Assembly: GCF_964355755.1 (NCBI RefSeq)
Contig: NC_092679.1
Span: forward strand, 13,623,432 to 13,687,431
DNA: 64,000 nucleotides
Reading direction: 5' to 3'
From: Antedon mediterranea
Taxonomy: Eukaryota; Animalia; Echinodermata
Numbering within the stretch: position 1 is the stretch's first letter; every line of letters begins with the position of its first letter. A program made the position numbers and the translations under genes. Shown here in pieces: positions 47,722-61,867 of this stretch. The notes under the pieces are model-generated. The model ran no database searches. It was given only the letters and a program-made list of their open reading frames with translations, and was not told the DNA's origin.

Positions 47722-48736
47722 GGGTGCAGGTCAAGTCGGCCCCATACCGTCTCGGCCAAAGTCAAGTCGGCCCCACGTCAAGTCGGCCCCAAGGCAACTC
47801 GGCCTCAAGTCAACTCGGCCTCAAGTCAACTCGGCCTCACGTCAACTCGGCTAAAAACTAATCGGTCAACTCGGCCACGATAAAGTATGGAACGCAAAAA
47901 GTGCTTAATATTATTATGATTATTACTATCCACGCTTTAAAAAGAATGAAGAAATAAGAAAAATACTCATATAAAAAAATGATTCATGATTTGCGTTTTT
48001 AAAAAAGGGGAATCCCCCGGTCAGCGAAAATACGTAGCAGTTTTAGATATCGAAATAGCTGCCAAAGGCGCAGAGCTAGGGAGGCGCAGCTACGAATTGG
48101 TTTCAGATGTTGTCGCCTAATCAAATGCATACACTGAAAATTTCTACGCGTGATTCAACCATGGAGTTACCATTATTTTATACCTCAATGATTAAACCAA
48201 ACAATCCTATTACACCTAATAAATGTCCTCGCATATCGGACATGTTTATTGAATTTTGACGCACGAACGAACATACGCGCTGACGTACGTGCATCATCAT
48301 TATTGGGCCTATTTATTATCCAAATGTTCATTGTAATCATTAATAATAGCATGAATGCTTATCAATTGTTTGTTAGGCGCAATTTGAACAATTTGTGCAA
48401 TTTGAAATTTTATTAAACGTAAATAAAGGAAAGTTGTTGAAATCATTCTTATTTGTTTTTGTTAAATGTATTATTGTCTAAATATTAATATTAATTAAAG
48501 ATCAGGATTATTCATAGGTAAAAAAATGTGAAGAAATATCAATCCCCTTTCTTTGCACTTTTCCGTTTCATACTTTAACGGGGCCGAGTTGACCGATTAT
48601 TTTTTGGCCGAGTTGACGTGAGGCCGAGTTGACTTGATGCCGAGTTGACTTGAGGCCGAGTTGACTTGGGGCCGAGTTGATTTGGGGCCGACTTGACTTT
48701 GGCCGAGACGGTTTAGGGCTGACTTGGATCGAAATT
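47722..48736. mobile_element. Foldback/Mutator-like MITE with tandem 15-16-bp subterminal repeats
   Basis: (gtcaactcggcctcaa)n at the left end and (gccgagttgacttgag)n at the right; TTATAATG is repeated at 47714-47721 and 48737-48744. Confidence 0.85.
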
Positions 48737-49134
48737 TTATAATGCATGCCAGCGAGTATTGTCTAAAACTCAACAAACACAAGAGATTGATCATCGAGAA
48801 TGTATTTTATCTTGTGTATGACATTTTATTTTCAAATCATTTCATATTAATTCAGACTTTAAAAATTATGCAATCATGTGTCTTGAAAATATTATTTTGC
48901 TCACGTAGTGCCCATACAGGTTTCCTTTCATTCGGATCATCAATGCTTGTGAATAGTCGCTTTCACCAACTGTCATCATGTGAGGAACTCTGTTGAAGTT
49001 AGACTATGTTTCATTACAGTATGAACAAATTTAGTTGGAACGAAACTTGACTCTGGGTTTTCACCACGTTCTCGGAATCCATACATCTTAAGAGTAACTT
49101 TCTATCAATTAAATTTAAATCATTGAAACAGTTT

Positions 49135-49738
49135 CTAATTCAATGGATTCCTATACCACTGTATGGTTTGTCTATTGCCTAGATCCTTTGTAATTTGACG
49201 TAAACTGCTGCTCTGATTTTGAGGTCGTGTCATGTCTGGTGGTCTTGGTGCTACTTTTGAGGGTTTTGCCATTGCCAATTTTCCTGTGGCATTTATTGAT
49301 GGTAATGTCAAACTAGTAGTATGTTCGTCGTCACTTGGAAGACGAGTTGCAATCAGCCGTGGTGGGCTCAGTTGTGGCCTGTTCGTTAGTCGTCCATTTG
49401 GTGGTTGCTTCCTCGAAGCTTTCTTGTCTGTTGCCGTCTGTCGATCAGTGTTATTCGAGGAACGTCTTCCAAAAGCAGCATTATCAAGCGATGGACTGCT
49501 TCCTGACTGGATGGTTGAAAATGAGGCAGCTTTACGTCCGACGCTTTCATCTGAAAGTTTTTTTTCTTGTATCAGAAGTGTAGTGGTTGCCCATCTTTTG
49601 ACAGCTTGCAGTCGTTGGGCTAGAGTTGCCTCTATGGAGTCTTTTAAATAGAGGACTAGATTTACCAGCAAGTTCAACCATATCCAAAAGACTTCTCTCG
49701 TGCTGCTTCTCTCTTTGAGGCTTTCTTGTACCCTTCAT
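49135..49738 (-). CDS. Unknown Ser/Thr/Arg/Pro-rich protein (~200 aa) broken by a 1-nt frameshift in an A8 run; pseudogene or assembly error
   Basis: The ATG follows acceptor tttactttgtag. ORF 49738-49547 (MKGTRKPQREK..DTRKK) joins ORF 49677-49135 (LSDESVGRKAAS..WYRNPLN*) if one A at 49558-49565 is removed. Candidate 5' UTR exons lie at ~49962-49880 and from 50237 upward. Confidence 0.55.
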
Positions 49739-50599
49739 TAAATCTACAAAGTAAAAATATAAATAGGTCTTTTTTCAGTTCAACACATTTAACCTAGAGC
49801 ATGGTAGACTGGTTTGACTCCATCTGATACCCATTAGTGGTAGCCTACATGATTCTTAATTGGGAGACATGTGTTTTACCTTCGTGACGGGAGAATCCTA
49901 TTTTATTTAGATGACATCAAGTCACACCCAGAAGCCACATCTTTAGGATGCACATCAAAGATCTGAAAATCTGTGTTTGATCTATATCTACGATCGCCAG
50001 ATAATCTATATTATAAGAAAACATGGATTTATAAACAATAATATTGTTCTAAATGATTTCGGTACAAATACGGTTATGTATGTAGGCCTATATTATATTG
50101 GCGTGTGTACCTAGGCCTAGGCTAAAAAAACATTGATAGAAAACATTGTTCAAAAAATGTTTCAATACACAAATCTTTTATCTATTTATTATACATGCTA
50201 TTGAAATTTCATTTAGACTATAATTTAGTAACTTACCGTTTGTTTTTCGTGAATCCATTAGTAAATTCTGCTGAAATATTTTCGGAGAAATTGCAAGACA
50301 GTGTAAGCTTGTTGTTTGCTTTTAGACGTTTGTATGCTGTAGTTACTATACTAACGCGATACGTATACAATGGCAACAATCACGCGCTGTGCGTGTTACC
50401 ATGGCTGGAAGTTGGAGCATGCGCATTAATGCACTGTAATCTGCAGCTGTGATGTGTGGCAAACAATTATGACATGAACTTACATTGTTATAAATAAACA
50501 AGACCATTTCATTTCATTTCATTTATTTCGTCTCACATAATTATAACAAAAAATAACAAACAATAGAGAGAGACAGGATTCCCAAAAGCGCAAATTTAA

Positions 50600-51260
50600 G
50601 TCAGTGTTTACCGACCGACCTACCGACCGATCGACATAGCTAGCTATAGAGTAGCGTTTGCACGCGATTAAAATAAATAAATAATTAAATTAAAAACATT
50701 TATATTTGCCTCCAAGTATTAATATCGAGTGTCAAAATAACGAAAAACATGAATATGAGTTAGTGTTTACCGACCGACTGACCGACATAGTGAGGTACTA
50801 AAAAAACGAAAGAAATATGAATATGAGTTAGTGTTTACCAACCGACTAACAGGCTGACATTGCTGAACATGTTAACCGACTAACAGACCGAAATTGCTGA
50901 ACATGTTAACAAATGTTCAACATTTTTTTTAAACATTTATATTTGCCTCCAAGTATTTTAATATCAAATTAAAGAAAAATATGAATATGAGTTTAGTGTT
51001 TACAGACCAACCGACCGAAACTGCTGAAAAATTGTTTTAAACACTTATGTTGGCCTCCAAGTATTAATATCCAGTGTCAAATTTAAAAAAAAATATGAAT
51101 ATGTGTTTAGTGTTTACTGACCGACCGACCAACCTACCGAAATTGCTGAAGATGTAAAAAAATGTTGAAAAATGTTAAAAAACATTCATTATATTTGCCT
51201 CCAAGTATTAATATCCACTGTCAAAATAACTGGGAAAAATATTAATATGAGTTTCAATTA
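50600..51260. repeat. Degenerate tandem array derived from the HINE-like element end
   Basis: Recurring atgaatatgagttagtgtttaccgaccgac..gaaattgctgaa..atttgcctccaagtattaatatc, ~5 units. Confidence 0.75.
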
Positions 51261-53569
51261 AATAAATAACCGATTAGCAAACGATACAGTACGGTAGTAT
51301 GTTGCTATGAGTATAATTATCATACCGACTAACTGTTATTTATTTGATATAATACAGATTCCATCGATCAATATCTAATGTAAAGATCGTGTATGCTTGC
51401 TTTTTTACACGATCATACAATGGAGTGTGTGAATTTTGTTACATTAAAACAAATTTAAAAATGTATAATTAGTAAAACAAAATAGCATTGAATTTAGAGA
51501 GGATAAATTACTTTGAAAGTAGAAAATACAGGTTTCATTTCTAGATACAAAATCTACTTTTAATAGGATAGGGGTTATGCCTAGTTTCGATGTAAATGTT
51601 GTATGACTTATGAATTCTATCGGAATGAGATAGAATGAAAATCAATACAAAATAAATACTTACCGTTTGTTTTTTCTTGATTCCATTGTATATTTTGTTA
51701 GAATTAATTCCGAGAAACTATAGTATAATTGCCTATGATTATAATGCAGTTTGTATAGTATGTTGTTGCTATTTACGTATACAAACGCGCGCTACGTGCG
51801 TTGCTAAAGAGATATTTGATCATGCTCATTAATACATTGTGTTCTCAAATATACCTACCGTTTTCACTTATTTTCTTAATATTCATTCGAATAAACGCCC
51901 AGGGGAGTGTATTGCTAAGGAGGGTTTTTAGAGGGTAGGGCTATTCGAGGGAGGCGTTTTATTCGGAGAAGGCGTTTATTTTTTGGGTGTAAATATGTAC
52001 AATCAAATAAATACCCCCTAAATATAAATAAGTACAACACAATTAATATCGAGAACTTATAAAATACAATAAAAACTGGGGTTATTCGAAGGGAGGGGAG
52101 GTAGGCGTTTATTCAAAATGATGTTCTAAGGGGGTGAAATCTCAAAATACTCAATAACTTCTTTTTTTTCACAAATTTCTTGATTTTAAACAAAAGCGCA
52201 AACAAAATACACAAGTATTTAAGGCCGTCTGAACATTAATTTTAGAATCGAAATTCGTAAATTGGTTGTCGCATGGCAATATTTCAAAATGTATAAATTC
52301 TTTTATAATTCAAAACAGGCTATATTAATGTGTAAAATCTATTTAAATCAGGGAAGAGTGAATATTAACCTATCGATCTATCATTCATACAATGTTGAGT
52401 TGAATGCTTACCTCCCTGCTGTCATCATATTAATTGCTATGAATTCATCTAATCAAAACATTATTAAATGAAAGGCTGTTTGATTGACTGGTGCAGCTAG
52501 GTAAACTGTATGTTCCGAGATTTATATATACTAGATGATACGCTCGCTTCGCTCGCGTACCATCTAGGTCGTGCCCACAGATGGTTCTCGAAGACATAGT
52601 AATTTCAGCGTTTAAAAAACTGGCGACTTCAAATGCACATGCAGGACAATAATACATGTTGTTTACAGGAACGAATAAATAGACACGGTGATTTATGTAC
52701 TCAACTAAAATTAGCACCCCGGGAATTACTTCCGAAAAAGAAGTTTGTCACAAAATAAGAAACAAACTGAATTTGTGTTTTGTATGTAACATTTGGGTTG
52801 AGGGATGGGGAAGAGGATGGATGCAAATATATTCTTTATCGATTTAGTAACGAAATATGAATTGTTTTCATGTTTTACAAATAATATACCAGTAAACACA
52901 TTAAAACATTGCGATTTAATACTTTGTTGAAACTGTCACCGTCATAGTCGATTGAAATAGTACAGTACATGTAACGATACATCACTAATACGACGTTTAT
53001 ATTTTTTTGAAGTTACATGATTACAAACGTTCAGAAGGAACTGTCAGTAATATATTAAACACCTCTATTCGGGGCAAATCGTAAATTCGCTTTAATCGTC
53101 AATAAATAATTATCTAACTCAACTTAATTAGTAGGCCTAATGGCCAAGTGTTTCATAGAGCCAATTATGCTACCCACTACCCAACTTGTATTGAAAATTA
53201 AGTTGTTTCCTAACCACCAAAGTTGTTCTGCGTTTAGGGCATGTACTGATCATTCGTACTGTAGGCCTGTCCTCTACTGGCTTTACAACGCTACTCATGC
53301 CAGTGAGGGGAGGGTGGTGGTGTTGGTGGTGGTTTAGCTGCAATAATAAAGTTGATTGTACATAATAGACGGCGTCTGGAAAGGCTAGCTCATTATGTGT
53401 TAAAAAAAAGTATTCCACAGATTGGAAAAAAATGTATCGAATTTCTGTTATGACTGTACAGTACTTGTCTTTACGACGCCTGAGGGAATAGACACTTGTG
53501 GAACAGAGATTGGAATGTTCCATTTATCGCAGATCAAAACATTTGTATAAACGTATATTAAATCTATCA

Positions 53570-54020
53570 AAATAGTATTTTTTATAGAAAATCGGCCTGT
53601 CTTCAACATTATGATGCTGTACTCGAGCTGTTCAACCGGTTTTCAGCTATTAAAAACAATTATCGTAGGAGGAGATAGGAAAATGCGAAGCATCCTCGCA
53701 TTATTGTCTGCGGGTATTTTTCAAGTTGGACATCCATTAGACAGTGTATACCACGACCACGAAACACCCCTATTTGGGGCAAATCGTTGAACCTAAATTC
53801 GTTTTAATTGTCAATAACTAATTATCTAACTCAATTTAATTAGTAAACATGGTTACATCAGATGGTTAAAATCAGTACCGAAAGTACGAACCAACTTTAT
53901 ATACCATCGAGTAAAAATTCTAGAAATAAACTGCGATTTATCGAATTTTGCCCTTACGTAAATTTATATATAGATACGACATCTTCATGTCACACAAGAA
54001 TAAAATAAGCCCACCCCTTT
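53570..54020. repeat. Interspersed repeat family, unclassified
   Basis: 53815-54020 is repeated directly at 55376-55580 and inverted at 61868-62470; a partial copy lies at 53065-53130. Confidence 0.8.
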
Positions 54021-54204
54021 ATTTTTCAAGATTGGAATACGTTTTAATAATTTAATCGATTCTCGTTTAATGTAAAATAACTGCTGACGATACGCATATT
54101 AAAAAATTCAAAAGCTTTCATTAATCTCTCTCCATATGTTCAGTAAGTTTTACAAGATCGTAATTATAACCTAAGGTGTATGTGTCATGGTATAGGTGTG
54201 GTTG

Positions 54205-54500
54205 TTCAGAGGGTGTTGTTGTCCTAGGGGCATGGCAGTTGGACTAGAGGGTAGTTGTCCTAGGTGTAGTTTTCTAGGGGGTAGTTGTCCGGGTGGGAGT
54301 TGTCCTAAGGGGGTAGTTTTCCTAGAGGGTAATTGTCCTAGGGGGTAATTGTTCAGGTGGGAGTTGTCCTAAGCGGGTAGTTTTCCTAGATGGTAATTGT
54401 CCAAGAGGGTAATTGTCCGGGTGGTAGTTGTCCTAGGAGAGTCATTGTCCGGGTGGTAGTTGTCCAGGTGGTAATTGTCCAGGGGTAGTTGTCCGGATGC
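54205..54500. repeat. ~16-bp G-rich minisatellite (ggtagttgtcctaggg)n, probably a subterminal array of a MITE
   Basis: More than 15 degenerate copies of ggtagttgtcc/ggtaattgtcc. Confidence 0.85.
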
Positions 54501-55764
54501 AATTTTTTTTTTCGTACATAAGTTGGACACCCTCATGAAACGTCACAAAATAAACATGAATAATTCATCAGTTAAATTTTCTTGTTCCGTGTGCACCCAA
54601 GCGTATAGCAACAAGAAGTTATTACACAAGTGCGGTACGATTCTAGGCCTAATCTCCGCTGTGGTTGCCGAGTGCGATTTCATAATAGAATAGCGGCGTT
54701 TTGTGTGGATTGTCGGAATAATCAGCCTTTAGTTTATGGTGGTTTTAATATAATTTATTACTAAAGAATTACGTGTTAAAATTATAGTTTCTATTGATAC
54801 TATTTAGGCCTAATTACTAATACTAGTCTCTAAAACCATGTATATTCTAGTAGTAGCTGTGTGGGTGTGTGTGACGTGTGTGTTAGGTATGACACAGTCC
54901 GAGTAATAAGTCAGCAAAATTAAACAATAAACATTACACAAAAATACATTTTTTATTCTCGTGGGTCTAATCTTCCCATCTCATGTGTTTATATACGCGC
55001 ATTTTTAAAGTTCATTTGAGTACATGCATATTTGTTTGATAATAAAAGCAGAATTAAAAAATTACAGTACACAAATTATACACATTCTCTATTCTTGTGG
55101 GTCTAAGCTTTCTTTGGGCTATGTCCAATTACTACTTAGTTTAATGTCTTGCCTATAGCTGTCGATTAGCCTCGACACATTTTGCATAGTGGACGTGTGT
55201 GTGTGAAAAGAGTGCGCGAAGGCAATCACGTGAATCCTAGAATCCTAGGCCTATTATTGTAGAAAGAATCGTATCGCAGTTGTGTAATCACTTCTTGTTG
55301 CTATACGCTTGGGTGCACACGGAACAACAAATTTAACTGATGAATTATTCATGTTTATTTTGTGACGTTTCATGACTAATTATCTAACTCAATTTAATTA
55401 GTAAACATGGTTACATCAGATGGTTAAAATCAGTACCGAAAGTACGAACCAACTTTATATACCATCGAGTAAAAATTCTAGAAATAAACTGCGATTTATC
55501 GAATTTTGCCCTTACGTAAATTTATATATAGATACGACATCTTCATGTCACACAAGAATAAAATAAGCCCACCTATTTATTTGAATTGACCTAGAATCCT
55601 AGGCCTATTATTGTAGAAAGAATCGTATCGCAGTTGTGTAATCACTTCTTGTTGCTATACGCTTGGGTGCACACGGAACAACAAATTTAACTGATGAATT
55701 ATTCATGTTTATTTTGTGACGTTTCATGAGGGGTCCCCAACTTATGTACGAAAAAAAAAATCGA

Positions 55765-56900
55765 CTCCATTGATCACACATATCTACTTACTAAATTGGA
55801 TAATTATGGGCTAAAAGGTAATGAAATTAAATGGTTCAAAAGTTATCTTTCCCAGCGTAAACAAATAGTTAAATTTCATAATAAATTATCTAAAAAAACA
55901 AAAGTCAAAGTTGGCATACCACAAGGTAGTGTCTTAGGACCAATTTTATTTCTACTATTTATAAATTACCTTCCTCAATATGTATACCCAGCCAGTAAAT
56001 TCTGGTAAAACTAAACTTATGTTAATTGGAAATCATAATGTCCTCAGTCCTCTCTGAATTCAGATTGGTAGTGAAACCTTCGATGTCGTGAAGAATATCC
56101 GGTATCTTGGACTTCAAATTGATGAGAATTTATTGGAATGATTCGGCAATTAATTAAAACTATTGGATACAAAATTATTATCCTAAATAAATTGTCTGAA
56201 ACGCTAAGTGAATCTCTTTTAAATATGCTATATCAGCGAAATTCAGCCCTGTATGGACTATGCTATCTCTGTGTGGGGAACTACGTCTCAAAAAAATTAA
56301 AATATTCTTTTAAGGTTACAAAAACTCGAGTTGTAAAAAGTAATTTTTACTTCAAAAACTATCGTGGGATTGATATTATTAAACAAAATAAATGGAAATT
56401 GCTAGATGAACGTAGAGACTACGCTATTGCTTGTATTAAGTACAAATGTATACATGGTATTGCACCTCCCCGTATGTGCAACGATATTGAAATGGTTTAC
56501 GACCAACATGGATACTCTACGAGAATATTCCCAATCTGTGAATGTTATACCACCTATGCCAAATTGCTTATTAATGAACGGATCGCTAAACAGTTCAGGA
56601 GCAAAAGTTTGGAATAAAATCCCTGTAAAAATTCAAGATAGTTTGTCTGTAAATAGTTTTAAAATTAATTATAAAAGCATTTCTTAAAAAATTATTGTAT
56701 TTCCTCTCGTATTAATTTTAAAGTTCTATATTCACTGATTGTTTTATTTATTTATTTATTTATTTATTTTTTTAATTTCTTGTGTTTTTTGGGTTTTTTT
56801 AAGTTGTTTCATTGCAGGACCATATTGAAAAACAGATTTTTTTCTTTTCTGAATTATGTTATCCTGCCTAAATATTTTTTCTTCTTCTTTATTGTATCAA
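55765..56900 (+). mobile_element. Decayed CR1/L2-group LINE (RT to 3' UTR)
   Basis: LDNYGLKGNEIKWFKSYLSQRKQIV..VGIPQGSVLGPILFLLFIN; HGYSTR; GAKVWNKIP; several frameshifts. Confidence 0.85.
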
Positions 56901-57715
56901 ACAAAAAACAATTTAATACAAAAGGTAGCCAAGGTATAGCCGAAGCTAATCAAGCTTGGTACCTTTTATCTTAACTAACTTAAGCTACAAAATTGACAAA
57001 TAAATAACAGAACTTAAAAGAAAATAAAAATTTGATAACGTCAAAAACAAAACAAAAAATGTTGAATAATAAATAAATAACATAACATAACATAAAGTGC
57101 TGTATGTACTATACTGTAATAAACAAAACCATATCAGTTCAATAGATAATATCTGATGAATTAACAATATATAAAAACATTGTAAATTATAGATTATTCT
57201 TTTATATACTTAGATAAAAGTAATTCTTTAAGTTGTTTAGAGAAAGGAAATCTAGATGTAATTGTTCGTAATTCTAAAGGTAAATCATTCCAAATAACAG
57301 CACCAGAAAAAGAAATTCTAAATCGTCCACAATTAATACGACAAGGGGGAATGGCTAAATTAAAATAATTATTAATTCTTGCATTATATGCATAATCAGT
57401 AGTTTCAAAATAATCAGATAAACTATGAGGTAATCTATTATTAAATAGATCAGAAACAAATTTAGAAACACATAAGGTATATAGTTTATTTATATCTAAT
57501 ATTTTAAGTAAATGAAATAAAGGCAATGAATGTGTTCCAAACTTAGAAAAAGTCATACACCTGACACACATTTTTTGTTTAACTAAAAGGGGTTTTAAAT
57601 ACGAATCATATGTGCTACCCCATATCTCAATACCATACATTAGATGTGGCTGAATAAAAGCATTATAAAGCAAGATTAAAGTGTTCCGAGGGATATAGTG
57701 CCGTAATTTAAATAT
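56900..57715 (-). mobile_element. 5'-truncated CR1/L2-group LINE
   Basis: LYNAFIQPHLMYGIEIWGST..LFHLLKILDI..ISFSGAVIWNDLP, followed by a 3' UTR. Confidence 0.85.
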
Positions 57716-57814
57716 ATTTTAATAAACAAAATAAAATAAAATTTTGCAAAGCAGGCTCGTTGAGCTTGTGCACTCTTTGTGTTCATAATCAGTGTACCAT
57801 GTTCTGCATACCTC

Positions 57815-59070
57815 AATTCAATTCAATTCAAATTAACATTTATTTCTTCCACAGTAAAATAACAACAAATATCCAATATAAATTGTAAAATGAAGGAAGA
57901 GGGCAAAACTAAAAATGTAACGCCAGATGAAAAACAGAAATTATATTAATCAAAAGACCTTGTGACGAGCAAGCCCTTAATAAATAATATAAATAAAAAT
58001 TACAAATTAATTAACGTACACAAACACACAGACAGGACAGGAAAAAAAAAAAGGGAAAAAAGGAACAAACGATCATGTGATATAAAAGCTGATAATAATA
58101 TAAAAAAACATTTTATAAATCATATTTTGACAAAAGAAATTTGTTTGGCTTTATGAGAGAAAATTTTCCTGGAGGGGGTTGCAATGATTTTAGGAGAAAT
58201 GTCATTATATAATTTAACACCGCTATAAGCTATAACGGACGTTGTGTTGGAGCAACGTAAGTTTGGGCTGAGGAAGATGAAGTTTGTTGCAAGTTCTAGT
58301 AGAATAGGAGTGAGTGAGTTTTTGAGGAAGAAGCATAAATTGGATGGAAGAAGAGAATGCAAAGCTTCGTAAACAAAGATTGTGTAATTTATTAATGTCA
58401 TAAACAGTTAGTAAATTTAAATTTATAAAAGAGGGGACCAGAATGATCAAGGGGTGGCGAATCAGATATAATGCGTACCGCCTCCTTTTGGAGCTTATGA
58501 ATTTGATAGAGATTTGATTTAAAATTATTGGCCCAGATAAATAATAACGATATTTTTGGATATTTTTAATTCAACTTCTTTTATATGTTTTTTAAAATTG
58601 AGTTCGTGATCGATTTCAATGCATAGGAATTTGGTGTGCTGGACAAGAGGGATTATTTAGTCTCCAATTGAGATATTTCCTATTTCATTAGTTCTTGTTT
58701 TGTGACGATTTCCGAACAGCATGAAGTTGCATTTCTTAGTATTGATCGACAGTTTATTGACATTAAAGTATTCGGTAACATTATTAAGTTCGCGATTAAT
58801 AGAAAGAAAGAGGGAATCAAGATTTGAATTAGAATAAAATATGGTGGTGTCGTCAGCGTAAAGGTAGAACGTTAAATTTTTAGATGAGTTTGGTAAATCA
58901 TTTACATAAAGAAGAAATAAAAGAGGACCGAGGAGGGAACCCTGGGGGACACCACAAGTAAGATGTTTAAAATTTGAAAGTGAGCAATTAATCTTTGTAC
59001 ATTGATGTTGGTTGCTAAGGTAGTCTTTAAATAGGTTAAGAGAAGATCGGCGGATACCGTAATTAACTAA
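57815..59070 (-). mobile_element. 5'-truncated CR1/L2-group LINE with (ttgaa)n tail
   Basis: CGVPQGSLLGPLLFLLYVNDLPNSS..FYLYADDTTIF; THSYSTR; YSGVKLYN; tail aattcaattcaattc at 57815-57835. Confidence 0.85.
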
Positions 59071-59212
59071 ACAGTTGTCGTTACACCAGCGGAAAAAAAA
59101 TTAAGATCATCTTGTAAAAAAACAGGCAATGAGAGCTTACGATTTTCACAAAATGTAAGATCATCTACATATTTCAGATACTTAATTTTAGCATTTGTAC
59201 CAGCATCGTTGA

Positions 59213-60905
59213 TCATGATCTGGAAACATAAAGGCTAGGGCCTAACTTGGTTCCCTGTGGGACACCAGCTTTTAAGTAAGAGTAATTAGATAAGGTACCA
59301 TTATATTTAACACACTGCATACGCATAAAAAGAAAATCACACAACCATGGTACCAAAGCCCCCCTGACACCAATATCAATGATCTTATTAACAAGGATGG
59401 TATGGTCGATAAGATCAAAGGCCTTGGAGAAATCAGTAAGAACCATGGTACCAACATTGTGCTTATTCTCAGCACCTTGACAGAGATAATGCACCAAGTG
59501 GGTCAGGTAATGAGCAGTAGACAAACCCTTAACATTTCCAAACTGGTTAACATCGATTTTTGAACTTATATCTTGTAAGATCCAGTCTGTGATAAACTCC
59601 TCAGCTACTTTGGCAAACACAGAAGTGATGGAGATAGGTCTGAGTTTGTCAATAGTAGGAGGCTGAACCTTGGGCACAGGGACTACAACTGCCTTTTTCC
59701 ACTGAGAAGGGACAATGCCTTCAGAAAAAGAACAGTTGAGTATATCACAAAGTGGTTCACAAAACTCCATGGCAAATAATTTAACAATTTTGGGTGGGAC
59801 CAAATCTGGTCCGCAGGCCTTGTTTTCTTTAATAGATCTTAATTTTTTATAAATATCCCAAGGGTAAAGTTTGGGTGCAGGTTTGTCAGAGGGAAGGAAT
59901 GCAGGGAGTTGAGTTTTATTTAGAATAGGGATGTGAGCACTAATGTTAGTAAACAAGTCATTGATGACATTAGCAATGGATTTATGATCCAATGGAGAGA
60001 TTTCAGGAACTGGTATATTGAGATCAATTTTCTTAGTGTTTTTCATAACTCTGACCTGTTGGTGCCATTTACCTGGGTCAGTTTTTTGCAGGTGTCTAAC
60101 TCTATCTACATTAAATTTTACTTTAGCTTTAATGATTTCCCTCTTGACTTTGTTTCTGCAAGCTTTCCAATGGGTTAAGTTATTGGATTTAAACGCTTTT
60201 TGGCGTTCAGAAATAGAATTTCTGATATTTTGTGTTAGCCAAGGTTTATTAGTATTGTGCGTTTTAATATTTTTCAACGGGAAAAACTTATTAATAGCAG
60301 TGATCAGTTTGTAATAGAAAGCATCAACTTTACTCTGTGTAGAAATGCAGCTATAAATATCATTCCAATTCTGAGATACAATCCAGGTGCCAAACGATCT
60401 TATTCTGGTATCATATAAGGGACGAACACTTATAGATTTGACAACATTTTTGATAGCTTGAACTTTAGGTTTCCATAAAATACAGATGTGGTCACTAAAA
60501 CCAAGAGGAGACATCGCTTCCGGAGTATGGTATTTAGTTTCAAAATTAGTCAAGATGAAGTCTAATGTAGCAAGTTCACGGGTTGGAAAATTAACAATTT
60601 GTTTTAAACAGTTATTACGTAAAATGTAGTTAATGTTCATTCTGTTGAAATCGCCCATAATGCAAAAGCCAGTCTGAAGTGATCTAGAACGAATAAGGTC
60701 AATCGTTTCACAAATATGCCGCTCAAGAAGAAGTTGATATGGGGAGTCTGTTGTGATGTAGATAGCACAAACAACGATTGATGATATTCCTCTTGGTAGA
60801 CGAGAACATTTTAAGTTTATCCAAATGACTTCCAATTCAGGTGGTACAGGGATGTCAAGAATTGCACATTCAATGTTATCCTTCACATAAATTGCCACAC
60901 CGCCT
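59213..60905 (-). mobile_element. LINE ORF2 fragment (APE endonuclease plus RT to domain 4), uninterrupted 561-aa frame, truncated at both ends
   Basis: GGVAIYVK, GDFN, FPTR..TLDFILTN, SDH, KACGPD, LRPISITSVFAKVAE, QFG, DFSKAFD, GVPQGTKLGP. The YADD motif is absent. Confidence 0.92.
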
Positions 60906-61109
60906 CTAACTAACTAATAATTAATTGTGATTCATGCTTGTGAAGATATGATTACACGTGATTTCGTTAAATCGTGCGTAGACCGCGTAATTTTTTAGTC
61001 TTGGCCATAAAAAATATACTCTGAAAAATTGAATTACCGACCGACCGACCAACCGACCGACATAGTGAGCTGCAGAATATTCCCTTCATTTGAGGTAATC
61101 TATATATGA

Positions 61110-61867
61110 AACTAAACATAAAGAAAACAAAAGAAATGCAAATTTTTTAGGAAAATTAAAGAACCCTTAGAACCTCTGATTATAAATGAAAATGAGATTG
61201 AAGTAGTAAATGAGTACAAATATCTGGGTTGTATAATTGACAATAAGCTAAATTGGATAAATAATGTAAATAAAGCCACATGCAAAGCCAACCAAAGGAT
61301 GTTTATTTTAAGAAAAATGAAGTACCTACAAATTGACAAAACTATACTTAAATTGTTTTATAACTCTGTAATTCTCAGTGTAATACTTTTTTGTAATGTT
61401 TGTTTTTATGGTAATAAAATGCAAAAAGATAAAATTAAACTTAATCGAATAGGAAATAGAGCAATTAGACTAGTAGGAGAGCACTTACCTGATGTTGAAT
61501 CCTTGTATAAAGAAAATGTGTTAAAAAAAGTAAAAAGTATCATTGATGATGAAACACACCTCTTCACAAACAATTTGCTCTCATGAATTCTGGCATAAGA
61601 CTACGTGCACTTAATACCAAAACAAAACGGTTTAGGTGCTCGTTTGTACCTAATGCTATACACTTATATAACTCCAGAGTACAAAGGTAAAATGTAACCG
61701 ATAATTTTTATCTAATTTTAACAATTTTTAGCCTCTTAACTTTTTGTGTGTTTTTTTGTAAATTGTATTTTATATTTTTGTATTTTGCCAGTTTTCAAAT
61801 CACATTTCTGTTTTTTAAATGGACAATAAAGTATATATGACTATGACTGTATGACTATATGACTATA
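61110..61867 (+). mobile_element. 5'-truncated LINE (Rex1/Babar-like) with (tatgac)n tail
   Basis: IEVVNEYKYLGCIIDNKLNW..KANQRMFILRKMK..LFYNSVILSVILF..KTKRFRCSFVPNAI; AATAAA then tatgac repeats. Confidence 0.8.
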
